Source: Oscillospiraceae bacterium
Lineage (GTDB): Bacteria; Bacillota; Clostridia; UMGS1840
Reading direction: 5' to 3'
NCBI GenBank assembly: GCA_015068645.1
Contig: SVKD01000001.1
Span: 65,877 to 129,876, forward strand
DNA: 64,000 bases
Shown: one piece after another, positions 29,277 through 38,715 of the stretch
Layout: each line of letters starts with the position of its first letter
Numbering within the stretch: the first letter of the stretch is position 1
Translations under genes and position numbers: made by a program
Notes under the pieces: generated by a model
Seen by the model: only the letters and a program-made list of their open reading frames with translations
Database searches by the model: none
Told to the model about the DNA's origin: nothing

Positions 29277-31154
29277 TTATTCTGATGGCCAGATTTCAAA
29301 CACCTTATTTGCTTCGGGAGTGACATACAGCACAAATCCGTCTTTACTGTTTCCTGTTACTTTGATTCTTTGAATATGAATTTCATCTAAGTAGGATACG
29401 CCAAAGTTATAATTATTAGGAGCAACATACACAGAAGATGTGGTTTCTGCTTCGAAGCACTTGTAATCAACACAATTATACTCCTCTTTCCGATAAGTTT
29501 TTTCGTAGCCTGTCATCAAATAATAACAGCCTTCCTCAAAAAACTGAGAATCAGAAAGAGTCAGTTCTTTCGCAATCCATGTATTGCTATTTGCTCTGAT
29601 ATATTTATCTGGGATTAAGGCTTCCCCTTCTACTACAAACTTGATATTTGATATATCAATATCGGAATAGTATTCGGTATCAGCTCCATATTTGGTATAG
29701 GTGCAACGGATTGCTGATTTTCCAAAAAATTCCTCACTGCTTAGAAACTCAATCATATCAGTTGAGGAAAGTTCTGTTTTAAAAGAACCGTAAACAGTAT
29801 TTCCAATTCGGGTATTATATTTACTTTCTAAAATAAACTGATATTCTTCCGGTAAAGTCCAGCTTACAGATAAGTCATCGTGAATCTTTACCGCAATAGG
29901 AATTTCAACTTGTTGGATTTTGATTTCGGATTCGTTTTCTTCTTCGGATGTACTTTCTTTTACCAATTCATCATATAAACGAACAATATAATCACCGGCA
30001 TAGCCACCGGAAGAAAATTCTGTAAATAAGGCTTTATGTAGAATTTTGCATAATTGCTGATAGGTAATCGGATAATCTGCATTTTCTGTGCTATCAGAGG
30101 AAATTAACCCTTTCTGATATGCACCATCATATATTTTTTCAATTGATATATCATTTTCATAACCATTAAAAGTGCTGTCTGTACAGCTATAGGTATCCCC
30201 TACCATCCGTAAAATATAAAACAACGCTTCCGCATTTGTTATTTTTTTATCTAATTGTAAATTGGGAATTGCGTTATAATCTAATATCTGATTTCTTCCG
30301 TTATAACATAGACTGAGTAACAGCATCTTTGTATTGTCTTCAAGATCATCTAAAGAAGCTAGCGTATCACCCACATACCAATCAGAAATGTCAGTTGCAT
30401 TATCAGAATATTTTCCTCTCATTTTCTCTATCATAACAAAGAAATCAAAAACTGATAAGCTGTCATTACTGGTAATCTTTTCTTTGTCAACAATATCAAG
30501 TTCAGCTAAAATATCAACAGTGGTATCTTCGTACAGTTTTACATAATGACCAATAAAATGACACGCGCGAACAAGCATTGTAATTGCTTCTTCTTCAGTT
30601 AAATTTTCTTTTGGGAACAGATTGTTGTTATCCCCTTGGATAATTCCTGCACCGTACATATATTCCATGCCGGGTAATGCCCAATCAGAAATTTGATAAA
30701 AATCATCAACATCTTGAATATGTACTTCCTCATTGACACTTCCCACTACAGAAAGTTCCAATAATAAACGGTCTATGATGGTTGCCATTTGTTCTCTGGT
30801 TAATGGCATATCGGGAGCAAAGGTCGTTTCAGAAACACCGTTTACAAAACCGAGCACAAATGCTTTTTTCACATAGAAATCATCAGTATCGGTAAATGGC
30901 TCCTCCATTTCGCTTGGCATTGATTTTCCAACAGAAAGATAAGTTTTTACAACCAATTCGCAAACATCCTGCCGAGAAATTTCTTCTGAGAAATTTTCAG
31001 GAATTTCATCACGTAAAATATTTAAAACATTTGCTTTTCTGAGGAATTTTGTAGCCCAGTCACTACAGTGATACTGACTGCCGGTATTTGCATAAACTAC
31101 CAATGAAGAGAAAATCAGTGTTATTGAAAGAATCAAAGAAAATACTTTTTTCAT
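29277..31154 (-). CDS. SLH-domain cell-surface protein (function of C-terminal region unknown)
   Basis: Signal peptide MKKVFSLILSITLIFSSLVVYA. SLH-like segments FTDTDDFYVKKAFVLGFVNGVSETTFAPDMPLTREQMATII and WALPGMEYMYGAGIIQGDNNNLFPKENLTEEEAITMLVRA. Start set at ATG 31154 (AAAGGAGA RBS). Confidence 0.7.
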   Translation of the reverse strand: MKKVFSLILSITLIFSSLVVYANTGSQYHCSDWATKFLRKANVLNILRDEIPENFSEEISRQDVCELVVKTYLSVGKSMPSEMEEPFTDTDDFYVKKAFVLGFVNGVSETTFAPDMPLTREQMATIIDRLLLELSVVGSVNEEVHIQDVDDFYQISDWALPGMEYMYGAGIIQGDNNNLFPKENLTEEEAITMLVRACHFIGHYVKLYEDTTVDILAELDIVDKEKITSNDSLSVFDFFVMIEKMRGKYSDNATDISDWYVGDTLASLDDLEDNTKMLLLSLCYNGRNQILDYNAIPNLQLDKKITNAEALFYILRMVGDTYSCTDSTFNGYENDISIEKIYDGAYQKGLISSDSTENADYPITYQQLCKILHKALFTEFSSGGYAGDYIVRLYDELVKESTSEEENESEIKIQQVEIPIAVKIHDDLSVSWTLPEEYQFILESKYNTRIGNTVYGSFKTELSSTDMIEFLSSEEFFGKSAIRCTYTKYGADTEYYSDIDISNIKFVVEGEALIPDKYIRANSNTWIAKELTLSDSQFFEEGCYYLMTGYEKTYRKEEYNCVDYKCFEAETTSSVYVAPNNYNFGVSYLDEIHIQRIKVTGNSKDGFVLYVTPEANKVFEIWPSE

Positions 31155-31186
31155 AATAAATTCTCCTTTGCATTCAGATATTCTTA

Positions 31187-31215
31187 TTATATCATAAATG
31201 ACCCAAACAGTCAAT
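31187..31215 (-). promoter_or_regulatory. Sigma-A-type promoter candidate for SLH protein gene
   Basis: On the minus strand: TTGACT (31215-31210), a 17-nt spacer with TGa, then TATAAT (31192-31187). Confidence 0.45.
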
Positions 31216-31343
31216 TCAAGATAAAAAATGTCTTTTTATTGTAAAATATATATACTGTTCTATGCTAAAAAAAGAAAACGTCATTTTTGTGTATTTTATC
31301 CGTGATAACAGTGTGAAGTCTATTATTTTCAATATAAAAATAT

Positions 31344-31387
31344 AAAAAAATACAACTGCTGTTCAAATCGACAGTTGTATTTTTTTA
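31344..31387. terminator. Terminator-like hairpin with symmetric A/T flanks
   Basis: AAAAAAATACAACTG / CAGTTGTATTTTTTT with a 13-nt loop. It lies about 160 nt downstream (minus strand) of the adh terminator. Confidence 0.55.
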
Positions 31388-31543
31388 ACTATTAAATCAT
31401 CTGCGTATTTGTGATTTTTTGTCTAAGTTTCCATTCTACTAAAGAATCATATTGATGGAATATGAACCTTACATTATAAATGATACGATAAGATAGAACA
31501 AAAGTTACTTTGAGAATTCAAAAAATATTTCTATTTGTGTAAA

Positions 31544-31580
31544 AAGAAGAAAGTTGTCACAAAAAGACAACTTTCTTCTT
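31544..31580 (-). terminator. Rho-independent terminator after alcohol dehydrogenase gene
   Basis: 15-bp perfect stem AAGAAGAAAGTTGTC / GACAACTTTCTTCTT with a 7-nt loop and a T-run on the minus strand. Confidence 0.7.
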
Positions 31581-31592
31581 AAGATTGTTACA

Positions 31593-32810
31593 TTAGAAAT
31601 CCACTTCTGTATCGTAGTAACAACATTTCAGCAGCTTTTCCATTTCTTCCACAGAAATTTTTCTGGGATTTGAGCCGGTGCAAGCGTCTGCAACTGCATT
31701 TTTTGCGATACTGGGAAGTCTTTCCAAGAACACTTCTTCCGACACGAATCCATGTTCACAGGGATAGCTGTCTGCACCATAGTTTTTAATACACTGGGGA
31801 ATGTTCAAAGCATCATTCATGCCACGCAGATATTTAATCAGGTTTGCAACTTTTTCATCATCGGTTGCACCTTCTAATCCCATAAAATCAGCAATTACGC
31901 CATAACGTTTTTTTGCAGTTTCATCTTTTGCGTTAAAAGCAATTACTTTGGGCAGATACATTGCATTGGCAGCACCGTGAATAATATGTGCGCCTAAATC
32001 CTCAAAGATTGCACCTGTTTTATGTGCCATAGAATGCACAATACCTAAAAGTGCGTTGGAAAACGCCATCCCCGCCAAACACTGGGCGTTATGCATAGAT
32101 GCACGTTTGGTCATATCTCCGTTGTAGGAATCAACCAGATCATCCTGAATCATTTTAATTGCAAAAATAGCCAGGGGATCGGTAAATTCGCTGTTTGCGG
32201 TGGAAACATAAGCTTCAATTGCGTGAGTCATTGCATCCATACCGGTATGAGCAGTCAGTTTCTGAGGCATTGTTTCTGCCAGGTCTGGATCCACAATTGC
32301 GATATCCGGGGTAATTTCAAAGTCTGCTAAAGGATATTTGATACCCTTCTCATAGTCAGTAATTACAGAGAATGCAGTCACTTCAGTTGCAGTACCGGAG
32401 GTGGACGGAATTGCGCAGAAACGTGCTTTTTTACGCAGTTCGGGAATACCGAATACTACACACATTTGTTCAAAAGTAATTTCGGGATATTCGTATTTAA
32501 TCCACATTGCTTTTGCAGCATCGATGGGAGAACCTCCACCAATTGCAACGATCCAGTCAGGCTGGAATTTAGCCATAGCTTCGGCACCGCGCATTACAGT
32601 GTCAACAGACGGATCAGGTTCAATTCCTTCAAATACTTCCACTTCCATTCCCGCTTCTTTCAGGTAGTCACATACCTTATCCAGAAAACCGAAACGTTTC
32701 ATAGAACCGCCGCCAACACAAACCATCGCACGGGTACCTTTCAGGTTTTTCAGTGCTTCCAAAGCACCTTTACCGTGATATAAATCACGAGGCAAAGTAA
32801 ATCGGGCCAT
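31593..32810 (-). CDS. Iron-containing (group III) alcohol dehydrogenase
   Basis: 405 aa. Motifs GGGSPIDAAKA, PSTSGTATEVT and histidine metal ligands (HTGMDAMTHAIE, HSMAHK). Resembles lactaldehyde/propanediol/butanol dehydrogenases. Confidence 0.88.
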   Translation of the reverse strand: MARFTLPRDLYHGKGALEALKNLKGTRAMVCVGGGSMKRFGFLDKVCDYLKEAGMEVEVFEGIEPDPSVDTVMRGAEAMAKFQPDWIVAIGGGSPIDAAKAMWIKYEYPEITFEQMCVVFGIPELRKKARFCAIPSTSGTATEVTAFSVITDYEKGIKYPLADFEITPDIAIVDPDLAETMPQKLTAHTGMDAMTHAIEAYVSTANSEFTDPLAIFAIKMIQDDLVDSYNGDMTKRASMHNAQCLAGMAFSNALLGIVHSMAHKTGAIFEDLGAHIIHGAANAMYLPKVIAFNAKDETAKKRYGVIADFMGLEGATDDEKVANLIKYLRGMNDALNIPQCIKNYGADSYPCEHGFVSEEVFLERLPSIAKNAVADACTGSNPRKISVEEMEKLLKCCYYDTEVDF

Positions 32811-32964
32811 GTTATCATTCTCCTTTTTTTCTATTTAGTATGGTGTAGATTTTTCATACAAATTTATTATATAATATTCTATTAAAAAAAGCAAGTTTTT
32901 GATTAAAAAATTCATAAAATATGTAGCTTTGATTCATACTAAAAAGAAAAAAGGAATTTAAAAA

Positions 32965-33144
32965 ATGGGAAAAAAGAACAAACAAAAGGCATCTTTTGAT
33001 TTCGATTTGATGGACGCTTCTACCTCTACCGAATGTACTGGCATTACACCACGACCGCCGTTAAATGAAGGTGAATATGAATCCTATCAGGAAGTTTTTA
33101 ATTTCGGACCTCCGAAGGTGAGAAATAAAAAAGACAAGAAGTAA
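32965..33144 (+). CDS. Small hydrophilic protein, 59 aa (below the ORF-track length cut-off)
   Basis: ATG 32965 is preceded by AAAAGGA. Product: MGKKNKQKASFDFDLMDASTSTECTGITPRPPLNEGEYESYQEVFNFGPPKVRNKKDKK. The TAA stop is immediately followed by a strong terminator hairpin. Confidence 0.4.
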   Translation: MGKKNKQKASFDFDLMDASTSTECTGITPRPPLNEGEYESYQEVFNFGPPKVRNKKDKK

Positions 33145-33175
33145 AAAAGTACAGAGGTGCTCCTCTGTACTTTTT
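33144..33175. terminator. Bidirectional rho-independent terminator
   Basis: 9-bp GC-rich stem GTACAGAGG / CCTCTGTAC with a 4-nt loop, A5 upstream and T5 downstream. It serves the small + strand ORF and the minus-strand metG-lipoprotein transcript. Confidence 0.7.
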
Positions 33176-33210
33176 AGTATACAGCTAATTTTTTCAATTT
33201 AGCAGTGTAA

Positions 33211-34689
33211 TTATCCTTGAAAATCTCTTAACTGATTTGGGTGGTCATTTAACATCTGCATCACTCTTTTCTTTTGCTTTTTCTGTGCATTCATGATCCA
33301 AAGGATAATTGCCAGAATCGCCAACAGAAGAATGACTACAACCACCAGCAATATTTTGACAAGTGCCTTGTCACGGTTGTGATTCCCTGCAATCAGATGA
33401 ATCCCTTCACGGTTTGTTTTCACTTCCAGATAACTTGTATCATCAATACTTACTAACTGTGATTCTAAGTCTGTTAAAGTACCATCCTCTTCCAGATAAT
33501 AAGCAGTGATGTTTTCCTGATAAGGTTCCATTTCAGCAGAAACAGGAAGAAATACAGTCGTTTCAGAACCATCAAAACCTTCAGAAGTATCGACTGTTCC
33601 AACTTCAGAATCTTTTCGTGTAACTTCATAATACTCTACTACAGGAATTTCGTCCAATTCTTTTTTTGATTCTTCCGGAATTGTAATATCGTTCGGTTTA
33701 TCTGTTTTCTCTACGTCGTGAGTTTCATTGAATGGGATATCCGGCGTTTCGGTGTCGCTCTTATCATCTACAGAATAGACATCGTCAGACCAATCCAGAG
33801 TATCTACATTTTCCTGGGTACATTTACCGGTGATTTTATTGATATAGAGGTAATCAATAGTAGACCAATGATCATCGACCCACCACCGTAAATACATTGT
33901 GTAAAAAGATTCATTTTTATCCTGACCAGGCGTAATCGTTGTAGATTTCTGTGTTACCAGTTCACCATTTTCCCTATATGGTTCCCAATCCCAAAACTCT
34001 TTCGCGATTTCCATTGCTTCTTCCTTTGTGGGATATGGTGCATTAGCGTATGGTCCTACACATTCAGAAAAATAGTAAATTCCATAGTCGTCAGCATATT
34101 CGGAATTCACAATTTCATTATATTCGTCAATATCCTCTATGTAATTTGAAAACACCCAGTTTCTGTCATGGTATTCGCAAAGAATCTGATAATCTACATT
34201 CTCACCAGAGCTTGCTGAATAATCTACCGTTATAGTCAATATAAATTCCGCTGGAGAATTTTGTATAAATTTATGAGATATTATTTCTCCACTATCCCCC
34301 ATATTGTATCCGAAATTCACGTACATTTTTTCATCTTTCATTTTCGGATTCAGCCGTTGCATAAAAACGGAAACCATTCTGTCATTAAAATGTTTTCGCA
34401 TTTCCTGCTCCAGATCTTCCGGAGTTTTGATAGTATCATGCTTAATAGGACAAGGCGGCCAATTATAATGATCATAATCTTCAGGCACATCATAATATAT
34501 GGGTTGTTCAAACCAGTTGTAATACATTTTATCCGCTTCTAAAAACTCATTATAAATTTCTTCTTTGGAAAACTCAGGAATGCTTTCTTCTACGGTTCCG
34601 GTGGGACTGGTATTAGGAGCGGTACATCCTGCAAATAAAGCTAGTATCATACAAATTGCAAGGAGGAAACTTAAACTTTTTGTTCTCAT
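33211..34689 (-). CDS. Lipoprotein with C-terminal transmembrane anchor (hypothetical)
   Basis: Lipobox LALFAGC at residues 16-22, an acidic extracellular region, and a C-terminal TM ALVKILLVVVVILLLAILAIILWIM followed by a basic tail. Confidence 0.6.
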   Translation of the reverse strand: MRTKSLSFLLAICMILALFAGCTAPNTSPTGTVEESIPEFSKEEIYNEFLEADKMYYNWFEQPIYYDVPEDYDHYNWPPCPIKHDTIKTPEDLEQEMRKHFNDRMVSVFMQRLNPKMKDEKMYVNFGYNMGDSGEIISHKFIQNSPAEFILTITVDYSASSGENVDYQILCEYHDRNWVFSNYIEDIDEYNEIVNSEYADDYGIYYFSECVGPYANAPYPTKEEAMEIAKEFWDWEPYRENGELVTQKSTTITPGQDKNESFYTMYLRWWVDDHWSTIDYLYINKITGKCTQENVDTLDWSDDVYSVDDKSDTETPDIPFNETHDVEKTDKPNDITIPEESKKELDEIPVVEYYEVTRKDSEVGTVDTSEGFDGSETTVFLPVSAEMEPYQENITAYYLEEDGTLTDLESQLVSIDDTSYLEVKTNREGIHLIAGNHNRDKALVKILLVVVVILLLAILAIILWIMNAQKKQKKRVMQMLNDHPNQLRDFQG

Positions 34690-34722
34690 GATTATTCTCC
34701 TTCAATATCCAGATGATCGTTT

Positions 34723-36633
34723 TTAATAAATTTTGGAGCCGTCTTTGATTTCTTCAAAGGGTTTTAATAACTGCAGAATATCTCCGTCTTCTGCACAAAG
34801 AATCATACCTTCAGAAAGAATGCCTTTTAATTTTACAGGTTTTAAATTATATACCATCACAACCTGTTTGCCGATTAAATCTTCGGGTTTATAGTGCTTT
34901 TTGATACCGGAAACCACGGTTTTTACCTGGGAACCAACCTTTAATTTGAACAGCAATAATTTATCGGATTTTTTTACTTCTTCGCATTCTAATACAGTTG
35001 CGATTCTTAAATCCAATTTGGTAAAATCGTCAAATTCGATTTCAGGAGCCATGGGAATGGTATCATCGGGAATGGTAGCTGCAATTTCTTCTTCGATTTC
35101 CTTTAATTTCTTTTCTTCGTCGATTCGCATAAAGATGGGAGTGGGATTTTCTAAAGTAATTTCGGAAACAGTTTTACCAAATTCTACGGATTCATCGGTA
35201 CAAGCAATCTGACGCTGAATTTCCTTTGCGGTATCGGGCATGAAGGGAGTTAAAATCACTGAAATGATACGGATGCTTTCCAGAAGATTATACAATACAG
35301 TTTTTAGGCGTTCTTTACCCTCATCATCTTTTGCCAATACCCAGGGAGTAGTTTCATCAATGTATTTATTGCATCTGCGAATGAGTTCGAAAATAGCATC
35401 CAATGCATCTGCGGTTTTATATTCATCCATTTTTTTGCGGTACGCAGTGATGGTGTTTTCAATGCAGGATTTTAAATCTTTATCCAAGTCAGTTTCTTCG
35501 CTGGGAGTGGGTACAGAACCAAAATACTTATTCACCATAGCAATACTGCGGTTTACCAAATTTCCTAAAGTATTTGCCAAATCGGAATTGAATTTGGTGA
35601 TAATATTTTCGTAAGTAATGGTACCGTCGTTTCCGTAGGGCATTTCAGATAAGAGATAATATCTCATACCGTCAACAGTAAAATGACGAACCAAATCGTC
35701 TGCATACATTACGTTACCTTTGGATTTGGACATTTTATCATTACCGGATAACAGCCAGGGATGACCGAAAATTTGTTTCGGCAAGGGCTGTCCTAACGCC
35801 ATTAACATAATGGGCCAGTAAATGGTATGGAAACGAAGAATATCTTTTCCAATAACGTGAACATCAGCTGGCCAGTATTTCTGATACAGCGTATCATCTT
35901 CCTGATCGTAACCTAATGCGGTAATGTAGTTAGTTAAAGCATCAATCCAAACATAAATAACGTGATTGGGATCGAATTCAACAGGGATACCCCACTTGAA
36001 AGAAGTTCTGGATACACATAAATCCTGCAGACCGGGTTTCAAGAAATTGTTTACCATTTCTTTTTTACGGGATTCAGGCTGAATGAAATCAGGATGAGTT
36101 TCAATATATTCCATTAATTTGTCCTGATATTTAGACATTTTAAAGAAATAGGCTTCTTCTTTGGTAGGTTTTACTTCTCTGCCGCAATCAGGACATTTGC
36201 CGTCTACCAACTGACTTTCGGTAAAGAAAGATTCACAGGGCACGCAATATAAACCTTCGTATTCCCCTTTATAGATATCTCCTTGGTCATACAACTGTTT
36301 GAAAATTTTCTGAACAGTTTTTTCGTGAAAATCATCAGTAGTTCGGATGAATTTATCATAGCTTGAATTCATCAGATTCCAAATTTCTTTGATTTCCCCT
36401 GCCACATTATCTACATATTCCTTTGGGGTAATACCTGCTTCTTTGGCACAGTCTTCAATTTTTTGACCGTGTTCATCAGTACCGGTTAAAAAGAATACGT
36501 CATAACCCATCTGACGTTTATAACGTGCAATGGCATCGGTCAATACAATTTCGTAAGTATTCCCGATGTGAGGCTTTCTGGAAGTATATGCAATAGCTGT
36601 TGTTACATAAAATTTTTCTTTGTTTTCGTTCAT
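34723..36633 (-). CDS. metG: Methionine--tRNA ligase with C-terminal tRNA-binding (EMAP/Trbp111-like) domain
   Basis: HIGN (HIGH motif), KMSKS, a zinc knuckle CPDCG, and a C-terminal LDLRIATVLECEEV...KIY tRNA-binding domain. Confidence 0.95.
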   Translation of the reverse strand: MNENKEKFYVTTAIAYTSRKPHIGNTYEIVLTDAIARYKRQMGYDVFFLTGTDEHGQKIEDCAKEAGITPKEYVDNVAGEIKEIWNLMNSSYDKFIRTTDDFHEKTVQKIFKQLYDQGDIYKGEYEGLYCVPCESFFTESQLVDGKCPDCGREVKPTKEEAYFFKMSKYQDKLMEYIETHPDFIQPESRKKEMVNNFLKPGLQDLCVSRTSFKWGIPVEFDPNHVIYVWIDALTNYITALGYDQEDDTLYQKYWPADVHVIGKDILRFHTIYWPIMLMALGQPLPKQIFGHPWLLSGNDKMSKSKGNVMYADDLVRHFTVDGMRYYLLSEMPYGNDGTITYENIITKFNSDLANTLGNLVNRSIAMVNKYFGSVPTPSEETDLDKDLKSCIENTITAYRKKMDEYKTADALDAIFELIRRCNKYIDETTPWVLAKDDEGKERLKTVLYNLLESIRIISVILTPFMPDTAKEIQRQIACTDESVEFGKTVSEITLENPTPIFMRIDEEKKLKEIEEEIAATIPDDTIPMAPEIEFDDFTKLDLRIATVLECEEVKKSDKLLLFKLKVGSQVKTVVSGIKKHYKPEDLIGKQVVMVYNLKPVKLKGILSEGMILCAEDGDILQLLKPFEEIKDGSKIY

Positions 36634-36657
36634 GGTTTATTCTCCTTTTTTTATTTC

Positions 36658-37812
36658 TTACTGAGATATTCTGTTACCGTTAATGAACACGGCTTCTGCT
36701 TTCGCCATCAAATCTAACGGGAATTGATCAAAAATTACGATATCGGCATCTTTTCCGATTTTTAAGGAACCAACTTTACCATCGATTCCTAATGCTTTTG
36801 CAGGATTTATGGTAATTGCTTTTAATGCATCCGTTTCATTCATTCCGTGTTTTACTGCCAGAGCAGCACATAAAGGCAAATAATTGATAGGAATCACGGG
36901 ATGGTCGGTAATCACCGAAACCGGGGTTCCCTGCTCTGCTAAGATATGGTATGTATCGAAGGTCATATTTTTCAGTTCCGGTTTGGATCTATCCGATAAA
37001 GTGGGACCGAGCTGACAAGATACATCTTGTAATTTTTCGGGAAGTAAATGCCCTTCGGTGGCGTGCTCAATTGTCATATTCAGATTGAATTCTTTTGCAA
37101 TACGAAGTGCGGTTGCAATATCATCTGCTCGATGTGCATGTGCTTTAACCGGTAATTCGCCGGTTAAGACCGGCAGCAGACTTTCCAGTTTTGCATCATA
37201 ATCAGGCTTGTCGTAATCATCGGGATTTTCTTTGGCAAGATTTATATTTTCTGCATATTCCTGCGCCTTTTTTAGGGTTTCACGAATCAATGCAGCAGTT
37301 GCCATACGAGTAATGGGTTGCTGGTTTTTTCCATGATACACCGTCTTTGGATTTTCACCAAAGGAAAACTTCATAGCGACCGGTGCTTTGATAATCATAT
37401 CGTCAATGACAGTGCCGTGGGTTTTCATCGCACAAAACTGACCGCTAATGGGATTGGCACTTCCGGGACCACTGGCAACAGTGGTGATACCGGCAAGTTT
37501 TGCCTCTGTAAAGTATCGGTCATTGGGATTTATTGCGTCGATTGCTCTTAAATGAGGGGTAATCGGATCAGATTCTTCGTTACCGTCATCCCCTTCAAAT
37601 CCCATAGAATCTTCGAACATTCCAAGATGGGTGTGAGCATCAATGAAACCGGGAAACACATATTTTCCGGCAACATCGTATATTTCTTCATTGGTTTGTT
37701 TATAATCTGCCATAGAACCAATTTCCAAAATGGTATTATCAAAACGGATATATCCATTTTCAATCGGTGACTCGGATTCCATGGTGTATATTTTAGCGTT
37801 TATTATAATCAT
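36658..37812 (-). CDS. Amidohydrolase family protein (metal-dependent)
   Basis: FPGFIDAHTHLG metal-binding motif, HATEGH and ITDHP; 384 aa. Its ATG overlaps the trxB stop (ATGA). Confidence 0.8.
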   Translation of the reverse strand: MIIINAKIYTMESESPIENGYIRFDNTILEIGSMADYKQTNEEIYDVAGKYVFPGFIDAHTHLGMFEDSMGFEGDDGNEESDPITPHLRAIDAINPNDRYFTEAKLAGITTVASGPGSANPISGQFCAMKTHGTVIDDMIIKAPVAMKFSFGENPKTVYHGKNQQPITRMATAALIRETLKKAQEYAENINLAKENPDDYDKPDYDAKLESLLPVLTGELPVKAHAHRADDIATALRIAKEFNLNMTIEHATEGHLLPEKLQDVSCQLGPTLSDRSKPELKNMTFDTYHILAEQGTPVSVITDHPVIPINYLPLCAALAVKHGMNETDALKAITINPAKALGIDGKVGSLKIGKDADIVIFDQFPLDLMAKAEAVFINGNRISQ

Positions 37813-38711
37813 ACATTTGCCTTTCTGCGGATGGCAGAAATTACTTCGGCACCGTCACTGCAAGCCGTAACAATTTGTCGGAGTTCTTTTCTTCTGACAT
37901 CACCAATCGCATACACATTTTCAATATTTGTCATTAAATCTTTATCGGTAATAATTTCATTGGTGTCACTTTTTAAAATACCTTCCGGTAAAAATGATAC
38001 ATTCGGCTGATAACCGATTGCAATAAATACACCGTCTGTGGATAATGAAATATTTTCATTGGTATTTGTTTTCTGAAGAATGATTTCGGCCAATGCATCT
38101 TCTCCCACAAATTCTGTGGGGATATATTCGGTATATAAATGAATTTTTTCATTAGCTTTGACCTTTTCCACCGTGGTTGCGTCCCCACGGAATTCACTTC
38201 TTCTATGCACTAAATTTACCCGTTCACAGAAATTAGCAAGATACAGAGCGTCATCTAATGCGGTGTTACCGCCACCAATAACCGTTGCGGTTTTACCACG
38301 GTAAAAAGCACCATCACAGGTTGCACAATAGGATACTCCCCTACCCGTCAACCGTTCTTCATTGGGAAATCCTAATTTTTTAGGATTTGCACCTGTTGCA
38401 ATTACAATGTTTTTTGCAGAAAATTCTTCTTTTTTGGAACGGATTATTTTAATATCTTCTGAAAGATCGATAGAAAGAATTTCTGTGGTTTTATAAGTGA
38501 TGTCAACCAGTTGCTTTTTCATATTCATTGCAAGCTCCGCGCCGGAAATCCCAACAAAGCCGGGATAGTTTTCAACGTAATTCGAAGAAACCATCTGTCC
38601 ACCAGGGAAAGCTTTTTCCAAAAGCAAAACATTCATGCCTGCACGCATTCCGTAGAGTGCAGCAGTCATTCCGGCAGGACCTGCGCCAATAATCGCGATA
38701 TCGTATATCAT
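37809..38711 (-). CDS. trxB: Thioredoxin-disulfide reductase
   Basis: IIGAGPAGMTAALY FAD motif, redox-active CATCDG, and GGGNTALDDALYL NADPH motif. Start set at ATG 38711 (AAGGAG RBS). Confidence 0.9.
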   Translation of the reverse strand: MIYDIAIIGAGPAGMTAALYGMRAGMNVLLLEKAFPGGQMVSSNYVENYPGFVGISGAELAMNMKKQLVDITYKTTEILSIDLSEDIKIIRSKKEEFSAKNIVIATGANPKKLGFPNEERLTGRGVSYCATCDGAFYRGKTATVIGGGNTALDDALYLANFCERVNLVHRRSEFRGDATTVEKVKANEKIHLYTEYIPTEFVGEDALAEIILQKTNTNENISLSTDGVFIAIGYQPNVSFLPEGILKSDTNEIITDKDLMTNIENVYAIGDVRRKELRQIVTACSDGAEVISAIRRKANV

Positions 38712-38715
38712 AAAA

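Noticed and set aside
32880-32915. Rex-like site (TTGATTAAAAAATTCATAA) upstream of the iron alcohol dehydrogenase gene
   Set aside because: It matches only about 5/7 per half-site, and only with non-canonical spacing. It is indistinguishable from background in this AT-rich region.
36634-36657. T-box leader upstream of metG
   Set aside because: The intergenic gap is only 24 nt and metG appears co-transcribed with the upstream amidohydrolase. Absence of a T-box at metG is not unusual, so this is not reported as a finding.
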